A stretch of 64,000 nucleotides of DNA from Eledone cirrhosa (taxonomy: Eukaryota): assembly GCA_964016885.1 (NCBI GenBank), contig OZ024741.1:209622001-209686000 (forward strand), in the 5' to 3' direction. Numbering within the stretch: the stretch's first letter is position 1; each line of letters opens with the position of its first letter. Of the stretch, positions 1 to 11,000 are shown piece after piece. The notes beneath the pieces are model-generated. The model was not told the origin of the DNA. It made no database searches and saw only the letters and a program-made list of their open reading frames with translations. The position numbers and the translations under genes are program-made.

Positions 1-11
1 TTGATAACCCC

Positions 12-251
12 AACTTAACTTAACCCCAACTTAACTTAACCGCAACTTAACTTAACCGCAACCTAACTTAACCCCAACTTAACTTAACCGCAACCTAACT
101 TAACCCCAACTTAACTTAACGGCAACTTAACTTAACCCCAACCTAACTTAACCCCAACTTAACTTAACCGCAACTTAACTTAACCGCAACCTAACTTAAC
201 CCTAACTTAACTTAACCGCAACTTAACTTAACCGCAACTTAGCTTAACCCC
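12..251 (+). repeat. 16-bp minisatellite block (AACTTAACTTAACC[C/G]C)n, present in every monomer; example copy with n=15
   Basis: Units start at 12, 28, 44 … 236. Unit types are A=aacttaacttaacccc, B=aacttaacttaaccgc, C=aacctaacttaacccc and terminal D=aacttagcttaacccc. Each unit is 5+5+6 bp. Confidence 0.98.
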
Positions 252-520
252 AACCCTTGGTGGGATCGATCTGTAATTACTGGTACATGTGCAGACACTC
301 ATTGGCTGTGTGTGGCCTGATTTTCAGAAAGATGTCTCCGTAAAATAACGAGTGGTGGCTGCGTAAATTAATGAATTACGCACGAAAATGAGAAAATTTC
401 GATTCTCGATCGTGGGCCGGCCGGATGTCGGATCGATTCGTAAATACAATGATAATGTGCGGACACTCCTTGCCTGTGTGCCGCATGATTTTCAGGACGA
501 TATCTCCGTAAAATCAAGAG

Positions 521-1040
521 TTGATAACCCCAACTTAACTTAACCCCAACTTAACTTAACCGCAACTTAACTTAACCGCAACCTAACTTAACCCCAACTT
601 AACTTAACCGCAACCTAACTTAACCCCAACTTAACTTAACCGCAACTTAACTTAACCCCAACCTAACTTAACCCCAACTTAACTTAACCGCAACTTAACT
701 TAACCGCAACCTAACTTAACCCCAACTTAACTTAACCGCAACTTAACTTAACCGCAACTTAGCTTAACCCCAACCCTTGGTGGGATCGATCTGTAATTAC
801 TGGTACATGTGCAGACACTCATTGGCTGTGTGTGGCCTGATTTTCAGAAAGATATCTCCGTAAAATAACGAGTGGTGGCTGCGTAAAATAATGAATTACG
901 CACGAAAATGAGAAAATTTCGATTCTCGATCGTGGGCCGGCCGGATGTCGGATCGATTCGTAAATACAAGGATAATGTGCGGACACTCCTTGGCTGTGTG
1001 CGGCATGATTTTCAGGACGATATCTCCGTAAAATCAAGAG
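521..1040 (+). repeat. Representative consensus-like 520-bp monomer (15 x 16-bp minisatellite + ~280-bp core)
   Basis: ttgataacccc recurs at 1, 521 and 1041. The fifteen 16-mers occupy 532-771 and the core makes up the rest. Confidence 0.97.
783..873 (+). repeat. Core internal direct repeat, copy R1 (present in each monomer)
   Basis: 807-873 aligns without gaps to 975-1041 with 8 mismatches in 67 bp. Weaker similarity extends upstream to the shared ggatcgat (783 vs 950). Confidence 0.95.
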
Positions 1041-1041
1041 T
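950..1041 (+). repeat. Core internal direct repeat, copy R2 (present in each monomer)
   Basis: atgtgcggacactccttggctgtgtgcggcatgattttcaggacgatatctccgtaaaatcaagagt (975-1041) is the paralog of 807-873, offset 168 bp. Confidence 0.95.
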
Positions 1042-2049
1042 TGATAACCCCAACTTAACTTAACCGCAACTTAACTTAACCGCAACCTAACTTAACCCCA
1101 ACTTAACTTAACCGCAACTTAACTTAACCGCAACTTAGCTTAACCCCAACCCTTGGTGGGATCGATCTGTAATTACTGGTACATGTGCAGACACTCATTG
1201 GCTGTGTGTGGCCTGATTTTCAGAAAGATATCTCCGTAAAATAACGAGTGGTGGCTGCGTAAAATAATGAATTACGCACGAAAATGAGAAAATTTCGATT
1301 CTCGATCGTGGGCCGGCCGGATGTCGGATCGATTCGTTAATACAAGGATAATGTGCGGACACTCCTTGCCTGTGTGCCGCATGATTTTCAGGACGATATC
1401 TCCGTAAAATCAAGAGTTGATAACCCCAACTTAACTTAACCCCAACTTAACTTAACCGCAACTTAACTTAACCGCAACCTAACTTAACCCCAACTTAACT
1501 TAACCGCAACCTAACTTAACCCCAACTTAACTTAACCGCAACTTAACTTAACCCCAACCTAACTTAACCCCAACTTAACTTAACCGCAACTTAACTTAAC
1601 CGCAACCTAACTTAACCCCAGCTTAACTTAACCGCAACTTAACTTAACCGCAACTTAGCTTAACCCCAACTCTTGGTGGGATCGATCTGTAATTACTGGT
1701 ACATGTGCAGACACTCATTGGCTGTGTGTGGCCTGATTTTCAGAAAGATATCTCCGTAAAATAACGAGTGGTGGCTGCGTAAAATAATGAATTACGCACG
1801 AAAATGAGAAAATTTCGATTCTCGATCGTGGGCCGGCCGGATGTCGGATCGATTCGTAAATACAAGGATAATGTGCGGACACTCCTTGGCTGTGTGCGGC
1901 ATGATTTTCAGGACGATATCTCCGTAAAATCAAGAGTTGATAACCCCAACTTAACTTAACCCCAACTTAACTTAACCGCAACTTAACTTAACCGCAACCT
2001 AACTTAACCCCAACTTAACTTAACCGCAACCTAACTTAACCCAAACTTA

Positions 2050-5000
2050 ACTTAACCGCAACTTAACTTAACCCCAACCTAACTTAACCCCAACTTAACT
2101 TAACCGCAACTTAACTTAACCGCAACCTAACTTAACCCCAACTTAACTTAACCGCAACTTAACCCCAACTTAGCTTAACCCCAACCCTTGGTGGGATCGA
2201 TCTGTAATTACTGGTACATGTGCAGACACTCATTGGCTGTGTGTGGCCTGATTTTTAGAAAGATATCTCCGTAAAATAACGAGTGGTGGCTGCGTAAAAT
2301 AATGAATTACGCACGAAAATGAGAAAATTTCGATTCTCGATCGTGGGCCGGCCGGATGTCGGATCGATTCGTAAATACAAGGATAATGTGCGGACACTCC
2401 TTGGCTGTGTGCGGCATGATTTTCAGGACGATATCTCCGTAAAATCAAGAGTTGATAACCCCAACTTAACTTAACCCCAACTTAACTTAACCGCAACTTA
2501 ACTTAACCGCAACCTAACTTAACCCCAACTTAACTTAACCGCAACCTAACTTAACCCCAACTTAACTTAACCGCAACTTAACTTAACCCCAACCTAACTT
2601 AACCCCAACTTAACTTAACCGCAACTTAACTTAACCGCAACCTAACTTAACCCCAACTTAACTTAACCGCAACTTAACTTAACCGCAACTTAGCTTAACC
2701 CCAACCCTTGGTGGGATCGATCTGTAATTACTGGTACATGTGCAGACACTCATTGGCTGTGTGTGGCCTGATTTTCAGAAAGATATCTCCGTAAAATAAC
2801 GAGTGGTGGCTGCGTAAATTAATGAATTACGCACGAAAATGAGAAAATTTCGATTCTCGATCGTGGGCCGGCCGGATGTCGGATCGATTCGTAAATACAA
2901 GGATAATGTGCGGACACTCCTTGCCTGTGAGCCGCATGATTTTCAGGACGATATCTCCGTAAAATCAAGAGTTGATAACCCCAACTTAACTTAACCCCAA
3001 CTTAACTTAACCGCAACTTAACTTAACCGCAACCTAACTTAACCCCAACTTAACTTAACCGCAACCTAACTTAACCCCAACTTAACTTAACCGCAACTTA
3101 ACTTAACCCCAACCTAACTTAACCCCAACTTAACTTAACGGCAACTTAACTTAACCGCAACCTAACTTAACCCCAACTTAACTTAACCGCAACTTAACTT
3201 AACCGCAACTTAGCTTAACCCCAACCCTTGGTGGGATCGATCTGTAATTACTGGTACATGTGCAGACACTCATTGGCTGTGTGTGGCCTGATTTTCAGAA
3301 AGATATCTCCGTAAAATAACGAGTGGTGGCTGCGTAAAATAATGAATTACGCACGAAAATGAGAAAATTTCGATTCTCGATCGTGGGCCGGCCGGATGTC
3401 GGATCGATTCGTAAATACAAGGATAATGTGCGGACACTCCTTGGCTGTGTGCGGCATGATTTTCAGGACGATATCTCCGTAAAATCAAGAGTTGATAACC
3501 CCAACTTAACTTAACCCCAACTTAACTTAACCGCAACTTAACTTAACCGCAACCTAACTTAACCCCAACTTAACTTAACCGCAACCTAACTTAACCCAAA
3601 CTTAACTTAACCGCAACTTAACTTAACCCCAACCTAACTTAACCCCAACTTAACTTAACCGCAACTTAACTTAACCGCAACCTAACTTAACCCCAACTTA
3701 ACTTAACCGCAACTTAACCCCAACTTAGCTTAACCCCAACCCTTGGTGGGATCGATCTGTAATTACTGGTACATGTGCAGACACTCATTGGCTGTGTGTG
3801 GCCTGATTTTTAGAAAGATATCTCCGTAAAATAACGAGTGGTGGCTGCGTAAAATAATGAATTACGCACGAAAATGAGAAAATTTCGATTCTCGATCGTG
3901 GGCCGGCCGGATGTCGGATCGATTCGTAAATACAAGGATAATGTGCGGACACTCCTTGGCTGTGTGCGGCATGATTTTCAGGACGATATCTCCGTAAAAT
4001 CAAGAGTTGATAACCCCAACTTAACTTAACCCCAACTTAACTTAATCGCAACTTTACTTAACCGCAACCTAACTTAACCCCAACTTAACTTAACCGCAAC
4101 CTAACTTAGCCCCAACTTAACTTAACCCCAACTTAACTTAACCCCAACCTAACTTAACCCCAACTTAACTTAACCGCAACTTAACTTAACCGCAACCTAA
4201 CTTAACCCCAACTTAAATTAACCGCAACTTAACTTAACCGCAACTTAGCTTAACCCCAACCCTTGGTGGGATCGATCTGTAATTACTGGTACATGTGCAG
4301 ACACTCATTGGCTGTGTGTGGCCTGATTTTCAGAAAGATATCTCCGTAAAATAACGAGTGGTGGCTGCGTAAAATAATGAATTACGCACGAAAATGAGAA
4401 AATTTCGATTCTCGATCGTGGGCCGGCCGGATGTCGGATCGATTCGTAAATACAAGGATAATGTGCGGACACTCCTTGGCTGTGTGCGGCATGATTTTCA
4501 GGACGATATCTCCGTAAAATCAAGAGTTGATAACCCCAACTTAACTTAACCCCAACTTAACTTAACCGCAACTTAACTTAACCGCAACCTAACTTAACCC
4601 CAACTTAACTTAACCGCAACCTAACTTAACCCCAACTTAACTTAACCGCAACTTAACTTAACCCCAACTTAACTTAACCCCAACTTAACTTAACCGCAAC
4701 TTAACTTAACCGCAACCTAACTTAACCCCAACTTAACTTAACCGCAACTTAACTTAACCGCAACTTAGCTTAACCCCAACCCTTGGTGGGATCGATCTGT
4801 AATTACTGGTATATGTGCAGACACTCATTGGCTGTGTGTGGCCTGATTTTCAGAAAGATATCTCCGTAAAATAACGAGTGGTGGCTGCGTAAAATAATGA
4901 ATTACGCACGAAAATGAGAAAATTTCCATTCTCGATCGTGGGCCGGCCGGATGTCGGATCGATTCGTAAATACAAGGATAATGTGCGGACACTCCTTGGC

Positions 5001-8000
5001 TGTGTGCGGCATGATTTTCAGGACGATATCTCCGTAAAATCAAGAGTTGATAACCCCAACTTAACTTAACCCCAACTTAACTTAACCGCAACTTAACTTA
5101 ACCGCAACCTAACTTAACCCCAACTTAACTTAACCGCAACCTAACTTAACCCCAACTTAACTTAACCGCAACTTAACTTAACCCCAACCTAACTTAACCC
5201 CAACTTAACTTAACCGCAACTTAACTTAACCGCAACCTAACTTAACCCCAACTTAACTTAACCGCAACTTAACTTAACCGCAACTTAGCTTAACCCCAAC
5301 CCTTGGTGGGATCGATCTGTAATTACTGGTACATGTGCAGACACTCATTGGCTGTGTGTGGCCTGACTTTCAGAAAGATATCTCCGTAAAATAACGAGTG
5401 GTGGCTGCGTAAAATAATGAATTACGCACGAAAATGAGAAAATTTCGATTCTCGATCGTGGGCCGGCCGGATGTCGCATCGATTCGTAAATAGAAGGATA
5501 ATGTGCGGACACTCCTTGGCTGTGTGCGGCATGATTTTCAGGACGATATTTCCGTAAAATCAAGAGTTGATAACCCCAACTTAACTTAACCCCAACTTAA
5601 CTTAACCCCAACTTAACTTAACCCCAACTTAACTTAACCGCAACTTAACTTAACCGCAACCTAACTTAACCCCAACTTAACTTAACCGCAACCTAACTTA
5701 ACCACAACTTAACTTAACCGCAACTTAACTTAACCCCAACCTAACTTAACCCCAACTTAACTTAACCGCAACTTAACTTAACCGCAACCTAACTTAACCC
5801 CAACTTAACTTAACCGCAACTTAACTTAACCGCAACTTAGCTTAACCCCAACCCTTGGTGGGATCGATCTGTAATTACTGGTACATGTGCAGACACTCAT
5901 TGGCTGTGTGTGGCCTGATTTTCAGAAAGATATCTCCGTAAAATAACGAGTGGTGGCTGCGTAAAATAATGAATTACACACGAAAATGAGAAAATTTCGA
6001 TTCTCGATCGTGGGCCGGCCGGATGTCGGATCGATTCGTAAATACAAGGATAATGTGCGGACACTCCTTGGCTGTGTGCGGCATGATTTTCAGGACGATA
6101 TTTCCGTAAAATCAAGAGTTGATAACCCCAACTTAACTTAACCCCAACTTAACTTAACCCCAACTTAACTTAACCGCAACCTAACTTAACCCCAACTTAA
6201 CTTAACCCCAACCTAACTTAACCCCAACTTAACTTAACCGCAACTTAACTTAACCGCAACCTAACTTAACCCCAGCTTAACTTAACCGCAACTTAACTTA
6301 ACCGCAACTTAGCTTAACCCCAACTCTTGGTGGGATCGATCTGTAATTACTGGTACATGTGCAGACACTCATTGGCTGTGTGTGGCCTGATTTTCAGAAA
6401 GATATCTCCGTAAAATAACGAGTGGTGGCTGCGTAAAATAATGAATTACGCACGAAAATGAGAAAATTTCGATTCTCGATCGTGGGCCGGCCGGATGTCG
6501 GATCGATTCGTAAATACAAGGATAATGTGCGGACACTCCTTGGCTGTGTGCGGCATGATTTTCAGGACGATATCTCCGTAAAATCAAGAGTTGATAACCC
6601 CAACTTAACTTAACCCCAACTTAACTTAACCGCAACTTAACTTAACCGCAACCTAACTTAACCCCAACTTAACTTAACCGCAACCTAACTTAACCCCAAC
6701 TTAACTTAACCGCAACTTAACTTAACCCCAACCTAACTTAACCCCAACTTAACTTAACCGCAACTTAACTTAACCGCAACCTAACTTAACCCCAACTTAA
6801 CTTAACCGCAACTTAACCCCAACTTAGCTTAACCCCAACCCTTGGTGGGATCGATCTGTAATTACTGGTACATGTGCAGACACTCATTGGCTGTGTGTGG
6901 CCTGATTTTTAGAAAGATATCTCCGTAAAATAACGAGTGGTGGCTGCGTAAAATAATGAATTACGCACGAAAATGAGAAAATTTCGATTCTCGATCGTGG
7001 GCCGGCCGGATGTCGGATCGATTCGTTAATACAAGGATAATGTGCGGACACTCCTTGCCTGTGTGCCGCATGATTTTCAGGACGATATCTCCGTAAAATC
7101 AAGAGTTGATAACCCCAACTTAACTTAACCCCAACTTAACTTAACCGCAACTTAACTTAACCGCAACCTAACTTAACCCCAACTTAACTTAACCGCAACC
7201 TAACTTAACCCCAACTTAACTTAACCGCAACTTAACTTAACCCCAACCTAACTTAACCCCAACTTAACTTAACCGCAACTTAACTTAACCGCAACCTAAC
7301 TTAACCCCAGCTTAACTTAACCGCAACTTAACTTAACCGCAACTTAGCTTAACCCCAACTCTTGGTGGGATCGATCTGTAATTACTGGTACATGTGCAGA
7401 CACTCATTGGCTGTGTGTGGCCTGATTTTCAGAAAGATATCTCCGTAAAATAACGAGTGGTGGCTGCGTAAAATAATGAATTACGCACGAAAATGAGAAA
7501 ATTTCGATTCTCGATCGTGGGCCGGCCGGATGTCGGATCGATTCGTAAATACAAGGATAATGTGCGGACACTCCTTGGCTGTGTGCGGCATGATTTTCAG
7601 GACGATATCTCCGTAAAATCAAGAGTTGATAACCCCAACTTAACTTAACCCCAACTTAACTTAACCGCAACTTAACTTAACCGCAACCTAACTTAACCCC
7701 AACTTAACTTAACCGCAACCTAACTTAACCCAAACTTAACTTAACCGCAACTTAACTTAACCCCAACCTAACTTAACCCCAACTTAACTTAACCGCAACT
7801 TAACTTAACCGCAACCTAACTTAACCCCAACTTAACTTAACCGCAACTTAACCCCAACTTAGCTTAACCCCAACCCTTGGTGGGATCGATCTGTAATTAC
7901 TGGTACATGTGCAGACACTCATTGGCTGTGTGTGGCCTGATTTTTAGAAAGATATCTCCGTAAAATAACGAGTGGTGGCTGCGTAAAATAATGAATTACG

Positions 8001-11000
8001 CACGAAAATGAGAAAATTTCGATTCTCGATCGTGGGCCGGCCGGATGTCGCATCGATTCGTAAATAGAAGGATAATGTGCGGACACTCCTTGGCTGTGTG
8101 CGGCATGATTTTCAGGACGATATTTCCGTAAAATCAAGAGTTGATAACCCCAACTTAACTTAACCCCAACTTAACTTAACCCCAACTTAACTTAACCCCA
8201 ACTTAACTTAACCGCAACTTAACTTAACCGCAACCTAACTTAACCCCAACTTAACTTAACCGCAACCTAACTTAACCACAACTTAACTTAACCGCAACTT
8301 AACTTAACCCCAACCTAACTTAACCCCAACTTAACTTAACCGCAACTTAACTTAACCGCAACCTAACTTAACCCCAACTTAACTTAACCGCAACTTAACT
8401 TAACCGCAACTTAGCTTAACCCCAACCCTTGGTGGGATCGATCTGTAATTACTGGTACATGTGCAGACACTCATTGGCTGTGTGTGGCCTGATTTTCAGA
8501 AAGATATCTCCGTAAAATAACGAGTGGTGGCTGCGTAAAATAATGAATTACACACGAAAATGAGAAAATTTCGATTCTCGATCGTGGGCCGGCCGGATGT
8601 CGGATCGATTCGTAAATACAAGGATAATGTGCGGACACTCCTTGGCTGTGTGCGGCATGATTTTCAGGACGATATTTCCGTAAAATCAAGAGTTGATAAC
8701 CCCAACTTAACTTAACCCCAACTTAACTTAACCCCAACTTAACTTAACCGCAACCTAACTTAACCCCAACTTAACTTAACCCCAACCTAACTTAACCCCA
8801 ACTTAACTTAACCGCAACTTAACTTAACCGCAACCTAACTTAACCCCAGCTTAACTTAACCGCAACTTAACTTAACCGCAACTTAGCTTAACCCCAACTC
8901 TTGGTGGGATCGATCTGTAATTACTGGTACATGTGCAGACACTCATTGGCTGTGTGTGGCTTGATTTTCAGAAAGATATCTCCGTAAAATAACGAGTGGT
9001 GGCTGCGTAAAATAATGAATTACGCACGAAAATGAGAAAATTTCGATTCTCGATCGTGGGCCGGCCGGATGTCGGATCGATTCGTAAATACAAGGATAAT
9101 GTGCGGACACTCCTTGGCTGTGTGCGGCATGATTTTCAGGACGATATCTCCGTAAAATCAAGAGTTGATAACCCCAACTTAACTTAACCCCAACTTAACT
9201 TAACCGCAACTTAACTTAACCGCAACCTAACTTAACCCCAACTTAACTTAACCGCAACCTAACTTAACCCCAACTTAACTTAACCGCAACTTAACTTAAC
9301 CCCAACCTAACTTAACCCCAACTTAACTTAACCGCAACTTAACTTAACCGCAACCTAACTTAACCCCAACTTAACTTAACCGCAACTTAACCCCAACTTA
9401 GCTTAACCCCAACCCTTGGTGGGATCGATCTGTAATTACTGGTACATGTGCAGACACTCATTGGCTGTGTGTGGCCTGATTTTTAGAAAGATATCTCCGT
9501 AAAATAACGAGTGGTGGCTGCGTAAAATAATGAATTACGCACGAAAATGAGAAAATTTCGATTCTCGATCGTGGGCCGGCCGGATGTCGGATCGATTCGT
9601 AAATACAAGGATAATGTGCGGACACTCCTTGGCTGTGTGCGGCATGATTTTCAGGACGATATCTCCGTAAAATCAAGAGTTGATAACCCCAACTTAACTT
9701 AACCCCAACTTAACTTAACCGCAACTTAACTTAACCGCAACCTAACTTAACCCCAACTTAACTTAACCGCAACCTAACTTAACCCCAACTTAACTCAACC
9801 GCAACTTAACTTAACCCCAACCTAACTTAACCCCAACTTAACTTAACCGCAACTTAACTTAACCGCAACCTAACTTAACCCCAACTTAACTTAACCGCAA
9901 CTTAACTTAACCGCAACTTAGCTTAACCCCAACCCTTGGTGGGATCGATCTGTAATTACTGGTACATGTGCAGACACTCATTGGCTGTGTGTGGCCTGAT
10001 TTTCAGAAAGATATCTCCGTAAAATAACGAGTGGTGGCTGCGTAAATTAATGAATTACGCACGAAAATGAGAAAATTTCGATTCTCGATCGTGGGCCGGC
10101 CGGATGTCGGATCGATTCGTAAATACAAGGATAATGTGCGGACACTCCTTGCCTGTGAGCCGCATGATTTTCAGGACGATATCTCCGTAAAATCAAGAGT
10201 TGATAACCCCAACTTAACTTAACCCCAACTTAACTTAACCGCAACTTAACTTAACCGCAACCTAACTTAACCCCAACTTAACTTAACCGCAACCTAACTT
10301 AACCCCAACTTAACTTAACCGCAACTTAACTTAACCCCAACCTAACTTAACCCCAACTTAACTTAACGGCAACTTAACTTAACCGCAACCTAACTTAACC
10401 CCAACTTAACTTAACCGCAACTTAACTTAACCGCAACTTAGCTTAACCCCAACCCTTGGTGGGATCGATCTGTAATTACTGGTACATGTGCAGACACTCA
10501 TTGGCTGTGTGTGGCCTGATTTTCAGAAAGATATCTCCGTAAAATAACGAGTGGTGGCTGCGTAAAATAATGAATTACGCACGAAAATGAGAAAATTTCG
10601 ATTCTCGATCGTGGGCCGGCCGGATGTCGGATCGATTCGTAAATACAAGGATAATGTGCGGACACTCCTTGGCTGTGTGCGGCATGATTTTCAGGACGAT
10701 ATCTCCGTAAAATCAAGAGTTGATAACCCCAACTTAACTTAACCCCAACTTAACTTAACCGCAACTTAACTTAACCGCAACCTAACTTAACCCCAACTTA
10801 ACTTAACCGCAACCTAACTTAACCCAAACTTAACTTAACCGCAACTTAACTTAACCCCAACCTAACTTAACCCCAACTTAACTTAACCGCAACTTAACTT
10901 AACCGCAACCTAACTTAACCCCAACTTAACTTAACCGCAACTTAACCCCAACTTAGCTTAACCCCAACCCTTGGTGGGATCGATCTGTAATTACTGGTAC

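Noticed and set aside
12-251. True telomerase-synthesised terminal telomere tract
   Set aside because: The blocks are short, regularly interrupted by the core and keep a fixed variant order, which indicates copying by recombination, not de novo addition.
12-251. Dense TTAA sites as piggyBac targets or footprints
   Set aside because: TTAA is intrinsic to the AACTT repeat, and no insertion or terminal inverted repeats are present.
252-531. Tandem 5S rRNA, tRNA, snRNA or spliced-leader gene cluster
   Set aside because: I recognise no 5S sequence, tRNA cloverleaf or A/B boxes (no GTTCRA), or known snRNA/SL sequence on either strand. An Rfam/Infernal scan would be needed to exclude an unknown ncRNA fully.
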